From a virus (taxonomy: Duplodnaviria; Heunggongvirae; Uroviricota; Caudoviricetes; Herelleviridae), in the IMG/VR virus record IMGVR_UViG_2706795655_000001: a DNA stretch of 64,000 bases; one strand, given 5' to 3'. Under the pieces are notes generated by a model. The model was not told the origin of the DNA, did no database searches, and worked only from the letters and a program-made list of their open reading frames with translations. This document shows, piece after piece, positions 1 to 8,380 of the stretch (its first letter is position 1; the number at the start of each line of letters is the position of its first letter). The position numbers and the translations under genes are program-made.

Positions 1-8
1 TATGTGTA

Positions 9-803
9 TCATTGTGTTTCTTCTCTATTCTTCTTTTCTATTTGTTTGTGTAGATATGCTGTATGTGCATTGTCTTTTGTTGTGAACAACTGTACTGGAT
101 GTCTCCCATGCAAAGCAATCTCTAATAACGTGTCAACATTGAAGATTAATGTTTCGTTCTCGTCCAAGTTGTTATCTTTGTCGATAGGTGCTGCGGAGAA
201 TGCTTCTAATGTAACTCCTAGTACCTTAAACTTTCCTGTAATAGTGCTATATGTCTTGTCAGATTCGATAAAGCGTTTTCCGTAGAAGATATCTCCAGCT
301 TTAGGTTTCCCTCTCCACAGCTCATTCTCCATTACTAACTTCTCTCTATATGTGAGTGCTTTTTCTTTTCCATCCGTTTCTTTGTATCCTATAAACGGTT
401 GTCGCATCATATCTTTTACAGAGAACAGATAATGTTCGTTAGGGTATAAATATGCATACCTACCTCTTTGTGTGGGTTCTGCCATAAACGTGTCTTCATA
501 CTCATTAATGCTTGTCACCGCTATTTCCACACATTTCCAATCTAAAAGCGGTTCTCCACCTACTACGTCACACTTATATAGGATGTCTCCTACCTCAATC
601 GGGAATGGTTCTTTCTCTTTCACTTCTGGTTCCTCCTCTTTTTGTTCTTCTACTTTTGGTTCTGGTTCTGGTTCTACTTCTGGTTCCGGGTCTATTTCCA
701 TTATCTCTGCTTCCACAAATGCATCGACAAGGCGCTTCTCTTCTGGTTCGTTTACGAATAGATGTTTAACTTTAGTGAACACACTTACCACATCGGCACC
801 CAC
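9..803 (-). CDS. Hypothetical protein, 264 aa, with Pro/Glu-rich linker
   Basis: Long ORF on the locally coding strand, overlapping the upstream stop; EPEPEP linker. Confidence 0.8.
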   Translation of the reverse strand: MGADVVSVFTKVKHLFVNEPEEKRLVDAFVEAEIMEIDPEPEVEPEPEPKVEEQKEEEPEVKEKEPFPIEVGDILYKCDVVGGEPLLDWKCVEIAVTSINEYEDTFMAEPTQRGRYAYLYPNEHYLFSVKDMMRQPFIGYKETDGKEKALTYREKLVMENELWRGKPKAGDIFYGKRFIESDKTYSTITGKFKVLGVTLEAFSAAPIDKDNNLDENETLIFNVDTLLEIALHGRHPVQLFTTKDNAHTAYLHKQIEKKNREETQ

Positions 804-1042
804 TCTCTGCTACCGTGTTTTGATTCAATCTCATCCATATATTCTCGTGTTGTTTCTTCATAGAACTCTTTACTTGCGTACTCTACACAATCTACGAATA
901 AGTCATCTAACTCACTATCACTGATTCCTTGCACCATTAACCACTCTTCTATATACGCTTTCTTTTCTCGTGCCTCTGCGAATAATTTAGCTGCTTCCGT
1001 AATTGCTCTTTCTACATCGATTGGTAACTTATGTTTTGACAT
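785..1042 (-). CDS. Hypothetical protein, 85 aa
   Basis: ORF tiles with neighbours; GGGG RBS upstream. Confidence 0.75.
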   Translation of the reverse strand: MSKHKLPIDVERAITEAAKLFAEAREKKAYIEEWLMVQGISDSELDDLFVDCVEYASKEFYEETTREYMDEIESKHGSREWVPMW

Positions 1043-1043
1043 A

Positions 1044-1214
1044 TTATTTCCCCCATTGTTCTCTATAGTATAATCGTCTATCTAATTGTTCTTTATATTC
1101 TTTTCGCTTCTGGAAAAAGTAAGCTCTCGTATGTAAGTTGTTATCTGTCTTGATAAGTTCCGTGAGCATTTCTATCTTCTGTTCTAGCACAATAATATAA
1201 GCTGGTTTACCCAT
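1044..1214 (-). CDS. Hypothetical protein, 56 aa (MGKPAYIIVLEQK...), below ORF-track cut-off
   Basis: Translated by hand; fills the gap exactly; GGAGGA RBS upstream. Confidence 0.7.
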   Translation of the reverse strand: MGKPAYIIVLEQKIEMLTELIKTDNNLHTRAYFFQKRKEYKEQLDRRLYYREQWGK

Positions 1215-1389
1215 TTTGTTCATCCTCCAGCATCTTCAATATCCTCCGGTAAGCTCTTAATTCTCCTACCCACCTATTATAACAAGCTATATGAGATTGA
1301 GATGTCAATCTTCCTACGTCCTCTTTTACCACTTCTTCTAGACACTGGATAGCTAGTTTTATATTCTCAATCACTTTTAGTCCCTCCAA
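1207..1389 (-). CDS. Hypothetical protein, 60 aa
   Basis: ORF tiling in operon. Confidence 0.65.
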   Translation of the reverse strand: MEGLKVIENIKLAIQCLEEVVKEDVGRLTSQSHIACYNRWVGELRAYRRILKMLEDEQNG

Positions 1390-1571
1390 TAATAAGTATC
1401 GCTATCCACTACATAAAGACTTAAATTCTCTTTTAACATTTCAATAAATTGGTCTTCCGGAACCTGTATGTACTGATATCCTTTATCCGTTTTGATTTCG
1501 ATACGGATTTCATTATCGAACCCGGTACCTGTTACATTGACATATCCGCCCCATAAATCGTTTTTTACCAT
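1377..1571 (-). CDS. Hypothetical protein, 64 aa
   Basis: ORF tiling; AAGGAG RBS. Confidence 0.7.
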   Translation of the reverse strand: MVKNDLWGGYVNVTGTGFDNEIRIEIKTDKGYQYIQVPEDQFIEMLKENLSLYVVDSDTYYWRD

Positions 1572-1819
1572 TGTTTTAGCTCCTTTATACGCATGGACTT
1601 TCGGTAGTACCCACCTACTGTGAACATAATGTAGTTTAGTACTTTAGATTTAAGTATAGGTATTCGTACCCATTCAAACTGCTTATCTAGTTCAGAACTA
1701 TATACATTTAACTGCTTGTCATCAATAGCTACGTTCGTCCCTTTCGCGTACATCCTACGTGCTAGTTTCTTATCCTTTGTTGCTTTAATTAGTTGTTTAT
1801 TACGTGTATGCCTTGTCAT
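1565..1819 (-). CDS. Hypothetical protein with MTRHTRNKQLIK N-terminal tag (copy A)
   Basis: GGGAGG RBS; shared N-terminus. Confidence 0.8.
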   Translation of the reverse strand: MTRHTRNKQLIKATKDKKLARRMYAKGTNVAIDDKQLNVYSSELDKQFEWVRIPILKSKVLNYIMFTVGGYYRKSMRIKELKQW

Positions 1820-2112
1820 TAGTTAAATGACCTCCCTCTCTTAACATCTATGTATCTCATACAAGGTATAGTAGATTTCTTCTCCCCTATCTGCAACTCT
1901 ATCGTAGAAGCAAAGTGGATTCGGTTTTTAGTAACACCGTTTATTTTATACCGTACCCACCTAAATGTACGGTCTGTAACTTCCAATCGCTTACACGACT
2001 CTTTAATTGTTAGGTTATACCCTGTAGGATAGTTCCATTTCGCAAACTTAACATCCTCCCCCTGCATCATATCTAGTTTAATTAGTTGTTTATTACGTGT
2101 ATGTCTTGTCAT
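1819..2112 (-). CDS. Hypothetical protein with MTRHTRNKQLIK tag (copy B)
   Basis: GGAGAG RBS 8 nt before the ATG at 2112, favoured over the track start at 2118. Confidence 0.8.
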   Translation of the reverse strand: MTRHTRNKQLIKLDMMQGEDVKFAKWNYPTGYNLTIKESCKRLEVTDRTFRWVRYKINGVTKNRIHFASTIELQIGEKKSTIPCMRYIDVKRGRSFN

Positions 2113-2381
2113 ACCCAATATCTCTCCAATCTTGAATCACTCTCATAACGTTGGTTAAATAGTTTATTATAATCCCCAGAACCATCTTTAAATAGACTTG
2201 CAATCATATCTTCACGACGCTTAATATCTCTCTGTAAGTCTTCAATTATACCTCGCTGTAAGCTTAGTTTAGCAGTCTTGTCTTCATAGCAGCTCTTACA
2301 TAGCAACTCGTACCTAAAAGCCATATAAATATCCACGCGGCTTACATCTTTATTGCAGCATCCACAACGCAGTTCCATCAC
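2109..2381 (-). CDS. Hypothetical zinc-finger/coiled-coil protein
   Basis: CGCC...CKSC followed by a heptad segment. Confidence 0.7.
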   Translation of the reverse strand: MMELRCGCCNKDVSRVDIYMAFRYELLCKSCYEDKTAKLSLQRGIIEDLQRDIKRREDMIASLFKDGSGDYNKLFNQRYESDSRLERYWV

Positions 2382-2566
2382 GCATTCCCCTTTTCTCGAA
2401 TCATAATTGCATGTATATCTTCTAATACCTGATACGCTAACTCCTTGTCCCCTTTTAATCGTTCAAACGGTACATCTACTAAAATTACAATTCCTGCGTA
2501 CCAGAAGGTGAACCCATCCTCATTTACAGTAAACGAAACTAAATCATTTAGTTCTATCATTCTCAC
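2378..2566 (-). CDS. Hypothetical protein, 62 aa
   Basis: ORF tiling; GGAGG RBS. Confidence 0.7.
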   Translation of the reverse strand: MRMIELNDLVSFTVNEDGFTFWYAGIVILVDVPFERLKGDKELAYQVLEDIHAIMIREKGNA

Positions 2567-2753
2567 TCATCCTCCCTACCGCTATAATTGCCATTTCATA
2601 TGCAAGCATGGCTCCTAAATACATGCCTCTTTCTAGTATTCTACCTTCACGGTCTGTAAAAGTATCGTGGTCTAAATCATCAAATTTCTTTAGGAACCGC
2701 TCCTGTCTATCATACTTACGTTCTAGCACCTCTATAAGCTTGTTAGCGTCCAC
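2544..2753 (-). CDS. Hypothetical protein (likely GTG start, MDANKLI...)
   Basis: GGAAGG RBS before the GTG at 2753. Confidence 0.65.
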   Translation of the reverse strand: MDANKLIEVLERKYDRQERFLKKFDDLDHDTFTDREGRILERGMYLGAMLAYEMAIIAVGRMSENDRTK

Positions 2754-2856
2754 GTTTCTTCCTTCCCTTCTTATCCTCCTTGTATCTTTCACGAGCATAC
2801 AAGAGGTCTAGTAGGCACCCTATAAGTTCTAATACTAACTCTATTAATGTATGCAT
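2743..2856 (-). CDS. Small protein, 37 aa, hydrophobic N-terminus and basic tail (MHTLIELVLELIGCLL...GRKKRGR)
   Basis: Translated by hand; GGAG RBS; ATG overlaps the upstream stop. Confidence 0.6.
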   Translation of the reverse strand: MHTLIELVLELIGCLLDLLYARERYKEDKKGRKKRGR

Positions 2857-3071
2857 TAATCTCCAACCTCCTTATAGATGGTACCATTTTCTCCTTTAAC
2901 TACCTCGTACTCACCTTCCTTTAATTCTGTTACGCTTACTATATCATGTCTACCTTTTATACCCTTTAGTACTAGCTCTAGTTGGAAGTCCTCTAGGGGC
3001 GACGTAATACCCCTAAAGAATACTTCGTTGTTGTTTTTCGGTATGTATATAACGCTGTATATTTTCCCCAT
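2856..3071 (-). CDS. Hypothetical protein, 71 aa
   Basis: ORF tiling. Confidence 0.7.
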   Translation of the reverse strand: MGKIYSVIYIPKNNNEVFFRGITSPLEDFQLELVLKGIKGRHDIVSVTELKEGEYEVVKGENGTIYKEVGD

Positions 3072-3074
3072 AAC

Positions 3075-3260
3075 CTATAAACCTATTAAATCTTCTATGT
3101 GCCAATCCACGTCTACAGATAAGATTGTTGGTGATATCCCTAGAACCTCTGCTACGCGCACCGTTTCTTCATTAAGTAAAGTTAAGTCGCCATTCTTGAT
3201 AAATGTTTCCGCTAGTCTAATGACCTCATCACTATACCTCTTCGTTGTCGTTATTTCCAT
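3075..3260 (-). CDS. Hypothetical protein (start MEITT...)
   Basis: AAAGGAG RBS before 3260; first gene after the promoter at 3323-3352. Confidence 0.7.
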   Translation of the reverse strand: MEITTTKRYSDEVIRLAETFIKNGDLTLLNEETVRVAEVLGISPTILSVDVDWHIEDLIGL

Positions 3261-3322
3261 TAGCAATTCTCCTTTCATCCTCGGCATATATACAAGGGAA
3301 GCATATCACCTTGTCATCCCAT

Positions 3323-3352
3323 ATTATACCACTACTTACTAGTTTCCCGCAA
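3323..3352 (-). promoter_or_regulatory. Promoter TTGCGG-18-TATAAT with TGG extension
   Basis: Consensus -10, weaker -35. Confidence 0.55.
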
Positions 3353-3378
3353 TCCCAACATTGCTCGACATCCACTTT

Positions 3379-3516
3379 TTATTCCTCCTCTGTTTTCTCG
3401 TCGATTCTGTCGATGTAGTCTCCTAGTTGTTCTGATGTAATGATATCTGCGTGATATAACTCATATACTGCTAGTGTTAATGCGTGTGCTTTTTCCACCG
3501 TAAACAGTTCGTCCAT
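3379..3516 (-). CDS. Hypothetical protein, 45 aa (MDELFTVEKAHAL...)
   Basis: Translated by hand; AAGGAGAG RBS. Confidence 0.7.
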   Translation of the reverse strand: MDELFTVEKAHALTLAVYELYHADIITSEQLGDYIDRIDEKTEEE

Positions 3517-3545
3517 AATTTACTCTCCTTTGTTGGTCATTTCTA

Positions 3546-3920
3546 CTACAAATCGAAGTCATACAGGTTTTTAATGCGGCTACGGAGTCGGTACAGCTCG
3601 TCTAGCTGCGCTTCATACCTAATGTATGTCACGTAATCGAATGACGTGTGCTGGTCTTCTACGACGTTGCGTTCTACATTCTTTTGCTTTCGTTCTTTCG
3701 CCTCTATCTCATCCTCGATGTCGAAGATGATGTTAATACTTGTATTGTATAAGTGTTCTAACATTTCTAATACTGCTTCCGCCACTACAAGCTCTTTGAA
3801 TGAGTTGTCTTTTCGTAAATAAGGAACTTCGAATTTTCTTCTCTCTTCAATCTTAATTTTCTCGTAATATTCGATTCTATCTTCCATTAAGTTTGCAATC
3901 TCTTTTACTATTTGCGCCAT
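3546..3920 (-). CDS. Hypothetical helical protein, 124 aa
   Basis: ORF with GGGTGG RBS. Confidence 0.75.
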   Translation of the reverse strand: MAQIVKEIANLMEDRIEYYEKIKIEERRKFEVPYLRKDNSFKELVVAEAVLEMLEHLYNTSINIIFDIEDEIEAKERKQKNVERNVVEDQHTSFDYVTYIRYEAQLDELYRLRSRIKNLYDFDL

Positions 3921-3923
3921 TTC

Positions 3924-4187
3924 TTACCACCCTTTCGTTTTAGCTGCGAAGTGTGTACCGTATGTATCTTCATTTCCCCCGAACTCTATCATATTATACG
4001 TTTTACTTTTAATACCTAGAATATCTCCCCAACCTTCGAAATTACGATGCCATTTAAAAGTTGCATCTAACTCTAAACCATCTGCTTTATAGTCCTCCCG
4101 CATTCTTTCTATAGTTAGGTTTTTCATACCGCTCCATAATCCCTCGGTAAGCTTGTCCATTTGTTTGTTACGTGTATGTCTTGTCAT
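3924..4187 (-). CDS. Hypothetical protein with MTRHTRNKQMDK tag (copy C)
   Basis: GGAGAGG RBS; shared N-terminus. Confidence 0.8.
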   Translation of the reverse strand: MTRHTRNKQMDKLTEGLWSGMKNLTIERMREDYKADGLELDATFKWHRNFEGWGDILGIKSKTYNMIEFGGNEDTYGTHFAAKTKGW

Positions 4188-4831
4188 TATAGCTCGTCCT
4201 CTCCTAAGTTAATTACATGTTCTTTAAGACACTTCGGTGTAACTTCGAACGCTCCTACATCATGTCTGCACATACCCATTTGTGTATCGTCTGTAGCGAA
4301 TTGGATAATTAGTCGTTGCAACAAATCTGCACTAGAAGCGCGTTTGTATTGACCTTTAACTTCTGCTAGTATTGACCCGTATTTTACGATATCACCGGGT
4401 ACATATTCTCTTGACTCTCTACCTACTTTTTTAAACTCCATTTCCATTCTATGGTTTTTGACTTCTTCCTCTGACATAACTCTATAATCACGTTCATCTA
4501 AGTATAGCCACGTTTCTCGTATTTGCTCATCCCAGCAAGCGTATACTTCGTTACCTTCAATTTTTGTAATCTTACCATTAAAAACACTCGAACCTTTTGT
4601 AGCTTCTACCCATTGACCAACTTCCGGTACGAATTTATATGTAGAAAATTCTTTTTCTAACAACCAGTTAAGAGATGCGTTATACTTATGCCACCCTGAC
4701 GTAGCGTTAACATTACTTAATTGCAGTTCACCTTTATTCATTCTAAATAGTACGTTAGGTGAAGACGTTTCGAAAACAACCTCCCCATCTAGTAAAGCAT
4801 CAATCGTTTGTTTATTTTTAAGTGTTGTCAT
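4187..4831 (-). CDS. Hypothetical protein, 214 aa
   Basis: GAGGAGG RBS directly after an early promoter. Confidence 0.8.
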   Translation of the reverse strand: MTTLKNKQTIDALLDGEVVFETSSPNVLFRMNKGELQLSNVNATSGWHKYNASLNWLLEKEFSTYKFVPEVGQWVEATKGSSVFNGKITKIEGNEVYACWDEQIRETWLYLDERDYRVMSEEEVKNHRMEMEFKKVGRESREYVPGDIVKYGSILAEVKGQYKRASSADLLQRLIIQFATDDTQMGMCRHDVGAFEVTPKCLKEHVINLGEDEL

Positions 4832-4863
4832 TTTATATTTCCTCCTCGTTATCTTATACCCTT

Positions 4864-4892
4864 ATATTACACTACCATTTACTTAAAGTCAA
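4864..4892 (-). promoter_or_regulatory. sigmaA-type early promoter TTGACT-17-TAATAT
   Basis: Consensus spacing; member of the TTGTT(G/T)AC(T/A)TT family. Confidence 0.8.
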
Positions 4893-4902
4893 CAAGTTTT
4901 TT

Positions 4903-4931
4903 AAGGAAAAGAGAGTATTTTTTACTCTCCT
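4903..4931 (-). terminator. Intrinsic terminator (GAGAGTA/TACTCTC stem + U tract)
   Basis: Hairpin seen directly. Confidence 0.6.
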
Positions 4932-5146
4932 TTGTTATTTCGTCTATAAGCTGCATCTATTTCCTGCCTAGCTTCTATTCTTTTCCATTCCCACGAGCGT
5001 ACAGTCTTCTTTCTTTGACACTTAGGGCAATAAATATGAATCTTCTCTAGATAAGAATATACAACACTTGATGTATCCGGCTCCATTTCTGTTGATACAT
5101 AATGAAAATCATGCTTACAGTTTAATATTTTAAATAGACTAAACAT
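4922..5146 (-). CDS. Small Cys/His protein, putative zinc ribbon
   Basis: CKHDF...YCPKC. Confidence 0.7.
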   Translation of the reverse strand: MFSLFKILNCKHDFHYVSTEMEPDTSSVVYSYLEKIHIYCPKCQRKKTVRSWEWKRIEARQEIDAAYRRNNKGE

Positions 5147-5155
5147 TTCATCCCC

Positions 5156-5425
5156 CTACTTCCATGTGCGGACATCCACTATTTTGAACATCTGGGCATC
5201 CACTAAGTTTATTTCACCTTTATCTGTCAAAAATAGTAAGTTAGTCATTTTAACTTCATGCCGCCGACGAGGAGAGAACCAGAAAAACCCTTTATCGATG
5301 ATTCCCATAGCTTTATATACTTGTCGATTTTCTTCGATTGTTGGTGTTTGCAACATGATGCTATTGATTGTAGCTTGTTTAATAGTTGCCTTGTTTAGTT
5401 GTTTGTATCGTACATGTCTAGTCAT
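5156..5425 (-). CDS. Hypothetical protein with MTRHVRYKQLNK tag (copy D)
   Basis: GGAGAGGGAG RBS; diverged tag. Confidence 0.8.
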   Translation of the reverse strand: MTRHVRYKQLNKATIKQATINSIMLQTPTIEENRQVYKAMGIIDKGFFWFSPRRRHEVKMTNLLFLTDKGEINLVDAQMFKIVDVRTWK

Positions 5426-5766
5426 TAAAATTCTCCCTCTCCTAAATACGATTCGATTGTTTGTTTCAATTGTTCGTTTTCTTCTTCTAAATCTTCCACT
5501 CGTTCTTCCAAATCACTTACGTCACCACATAACTCATCGTATGACTCCTCCAACTCTCTCGCTCTATCTTCAAGGTCATCATATTGGTCATCTAACTCTC
5601 GTGCTTGTTCTTCGATATCTTTCGCTAACTCTTCTAGTTTCTCATACATAACAGTAGATAGATGTTCGAAATTTTCATTAATAAACATTTCTACTAAGTC
5701 TCCCATATTAGTAGTTCGTGTTTTAGCTTTATAAACGTCGCAACCATTAATAATTAATCCGTCCAT
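5425..5766 (-). CDS. Acidic coiled-coil protein
   Basis: Heptad repeats LEDRARELEESYDEL...LEERVEDLEEENEQL. Confidence 0.75.
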   Translation of the reverse strand: MDGLIINGCDVYKAKTRTTNMGDLVEMFINENFEHLSTVMYEKLEELAKDIEEQARELDDQYDDLEDRARELEESYDELCGDVSDLEERVEDLEEENEQLKQTIESYLGEGEF

Positions 5767-6344
5767 TATGCTTCCTCCTTAAGATTAGCTATTTCTTCTT
5801 CCCAAGCTACAGCTTGTCTTGCGTAATAATCTGCGTAATGTTCGGATTCTTGTAACTTCTTCTCATAGCATTTGATACGATGAGCTTTCGTATGTTCGTC
5901 CCATTTCTTCTCAACTTCCCACATATCGCGCTGGTTACCTTGATATTTATAGACACCTAGACTCGTAACGACTTCCGCTTCAAAAGCAGGAGCAATCCAG
6001 TCACAACCATTACCACAGCATCGATTAACCGGGTCGTACCCTTCATCTTCCGGTTTACAATCGCAGTAACCCCACATTCTGTCGTCAGGTAGCAACTTAA
6101 TGTCGTAACGTCGTCCTGTGTCATGGATATACACTTGAATCGTTCCGTCTGTATACCCGCCTGTTCTATCCTTGTCATAGTCGATGTCGATACCATGTTC
6201 CTCCACATCTACTAAAAGAGTAGAAAGTACATCTGCATAATCTACCATGTTTTCATAGTGTCGGATAAGCGTTGCCATATCATCCGGTGATTCCCCTAAA
6301 ATAAATTCTTTCAATTTACCAAAAAACTTTTCTCCGAATTGCAT
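5766..6344 (-). CDS. Hypothetical protein with a Cys cluster
   Basis: GYCDC...RCCGNGCDW; AGGGG RBS. Confidence 0.8.
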   Translation of the reverse strand: MQFGEKFFGKLKEFILGESPDDMATLIRHYENMVDYADVLSTLLVDVEEHGIDIDYDKDRTGGYTDGTIQVYIHDTGRRYDIKLLPDDRMWGYCDCKPEDEGYDPVNRCCGNGCDWIAPAFEAEVVTSLGVYKYQGNQRDMWEVEKKWDEHTKAHRIKCYEKKLQESEHYADYYARQAVAWEEEIANLKEEA

Positions 6345-6405
6345 AATTCTCGTCCCCCTTGTATATACTCTTAATAAACAAACTTATTTAATTGTAAGTT
6401 ATGTA

Positions 6406-6567
6406 TTATCTCCTGCTGAACAAACTATATATGAAGTCTGCTATTGTTATAAAAATCCAAGCAATCCCTATTATGGTACCAAACAAGATTAGTCCTATCG
6501 GGTAGTAGTACCATTTCACATACCCGCTAGGTTTGTACCAATCTTTCAACGGGTTTAACCCCATCAT
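6406..6567 (-). CDS. Small membrane protein, 53 aa
   Basis: Translated by hand (MMGLNPLKDWYK...IGLILFGTIIGIAWIFITI); ATGA overlap with upstream gene. Confidence 0.65.
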   Translation of the reverse strand: MMGLNPLKDWYKPSGYVKWYYYPIGLILFGTIIGIAWIFITIADFIYSLFSRR

Positions 6568-6767
6568 CGTTTATCGTTTTCCTCTATAGTATTATTAATA
6601 ATAGCTGTAATTAAAGTTACACAGAAAGCAGCGAAAACTAGTAGCGATACGATAAGCGCTTTATTATCTACTGCATCATGATAAAAGTTCCATGCTGTTA
6701 CACCTAATGCTGCTGATATGACATTACCGCTATACTTAATAGCTCTTGTTTTTGTCGTAAGTTTCAT
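6564..6767 (-). CDS. Small two-helix membrane protein
   Basis: Two hydrophobic segments; AAGGAGG RBS. Confidence 0.7.
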   Translation of the reverse strand: MKLTTKTRAIKYSGNVISAALGVTAWNFYHDAVDNKALIVSLLVFAAFCVTLITAIINNTIEENDKR

Positions 6768-6769
6768 AA

Positions 6770-7378
6770 TTAGTTAGCCTCCTTAGTAATAACTTGCCCG
6801 TTTTCTTTTACTGGTGCTGCTTCGTTAAACGCTTCCGTCATAGAAGTGAGTTGTTTTGGTCGGTAGCATCGACTCTCTTGTTTGTTCTTCACTTGTTTAA
6901 TCTGTTCGATGCATTTTTTGAACTCTTTAGACAAGTTAGGATATTTTACTAGCATAAGTTTTAATGGTTGCGTAGCTTCTTCGAAGTTCTTAGCTCCACG
7001 ACGTTCCTCTGCAATCAGACCAATCTTGTCCCAGTTCGCAGCTTTCTCTTCTATTGTTAACCCCTTCAAGAACTCCGCACCATGATATAAATCTTGTCTA
7101 GCTTTGTCTAAGCGACCTACATCGTCGTAGGCTTGGTTGTGTGATTTAGGGTACTCAACCAGAACTGTACTCATAATCTCCATGTTAGCGATTACTTCTT
7201 CTGTAGAAGCGTATCCTAATGTCATTCCTTCTTCTTCTAACCATGCTTTACCTGATGTCGCTTGCACTTCATCATCTACTAGTTTAAAAGCTTCTTGTAA
7301 GCGCTCTTTCGCTGCTTTCGTCATTTTACCTGCTGTTACCACGTCTTGTAATAAATCTCTCACTTTTTTAAGTTCCAT
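6770..7378 (-). CDS. Hypothetical helical phage protein, 202 aa
   Basis: Long ORF; GAGGT RBS. Confidence 0.8.
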   Translation of the reverse strand: MELKKVRDLLQDVVTAGKMTKAAKERLQEAFKLVDDEVQATSGKAWLEEEGMTLGYASTEEVIANMEIMSTVLVEYPKSHNQAYDDVGRLDKARQDLYHGAEFLKGLTIEEKAANWDKIGLIAEERRGAKNFEEATQPLKLMLVKYPNLSKEFKKCIEQIKQVKNKQESRCYRPKQLTSMTEAFNEAAPVKENGQVITKEAN

Positions 7379-7484
7379 TGTTATGTACCTCTTTCTATTA
7401 TTTTATTTTTTCGTCTTCTATGTATTAATCATGGTGTTCGTTTTATATAGTTACTTTCAACTTATCACCTCCTCTATGAATCTA

Positions 7485-7513
7485 ATTCTATCATAGTATT
7501 CACTTAAAGTAAA
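7485..7513 (-). promoter_or_regulatory. Early promoter TTTACT-17-TAGAAT
   Basis: Same family context (TTGTTTACTTT). Confidence 0.7.
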
Positions 7514-7530
7514 CAACATTTTTCTACTTT

Positions 7531-7740
7531 TTATTCAATATGCCACCCGTAATCCACAAATTGTTGCGACCAATTTTCATGAGCAGCTTCTAAAAACTCG
7601 TCTAAATCTTCTTTTGAATCTCCATCCCATTCTGGGTCGTAATCTAATTCCCCTAATGTGAACTTTTCTTTCCTATTTTCACCCGCGAACCCGATACTAT
7701 AGTGGAACACTACGACTGTATCTTTATTGTATTTACTCAA
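7531..7740 (-). CDS. Hypothetical acidic protein, 69 aa
   Basis: ORF; GGAGGGG RBS. Confidence 0.75.
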   Translation of the reverse strand: MSKYNKDTVVVFHYSIGFAGENRKEKFTLGELDYDPEWDGDSKEDLDEFLEAAHENWSQQFVDYGWHIE

Positions 7741-8380
7741 AATGCACCCCTCCTACAAACTCCGTATAAAGACCTGTCGTTTTCGCAAAATCTAATTCTA
7801 CCTCTTCTTTCTTCTCGTAGTACTTGTCCATTGAATCTTCTGTGTATACGTGAGTCCAATCGTCCGGGTACTCTCCGTTTTCATGCTCCTCCGTTGTGAT
7901 TAATCGTTCTTCTAATTCATCTGATACCCACTCACAGAAGTTATCGTCCATTACTGTGATGATGTCACGTACAACATTCGCTTTATATTTTTCATTCCCG
8001 TTATACCAGCGCGTCTCCACTTCCGGTAACCCTTCACTACTAAAGAATGGTAAGTCAACCAGCTCATCTTTACCTATAGCGATATAATACATGTCACTAG
8101 CATACCCAAGTTTATGAGCTAACGAATCTCTCTTAATCTCTAGAGAAAGACCATCTAACGCACCATTCTTATAAAACGACATGTCTGTTTGTAGTGCATT
8201 TCGAATCGCTTTATTTGTTTTACCATTTAATGAGCGGAACCACACTGTAGCTTTCACTTGGTTAGAGTGATAAACGATTACCCCTTCTGTTAACGGTTCA
8301 ACTTCAATTAGACCATTAACAATTTTCTTTGTTGTCACAACTCTTTGTCCTACTTCAAATTCAACGAAAGTGTTATTCAT
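7733..8380 (-). CDS. Hypothetical protein, 215 aa
   Basis: Long ORF; GGAGG RBS. Confidence 0.8.
   Translation of the reverse strand: MNNTFVEFEVGQRVVTTKKIVNGLIEVEPLTEGVIVYHSNQVKATVWFRSLNGKTNKAIRNALQTDMSFYKNGALDGLSLEIKRDSLAHKLGYASDMYYIAIGKDELVDLPFFSSEGLPEVETRWYNGNEKYKANVVRDIITVMDDNFCEWVSDELEERLITTEEHENGEYPDDWTHVYTEDSMDKYYEKKEEVELDFAKTTGLYTEFVGGVHFE

Noticed and set aside
630-690. Short tandem DNA repeats (TCTGGT) and similar tracts in the scaffold and tape measure
   Set aside because: Explained by low-complexity protein linkers (EP, KD/KE, Gly runs)
3306-3317. ATG ACA AGG TGA as a fifth MTRH tag copy
   Set aside because: Stops after three codons and has no RBS; likely chance
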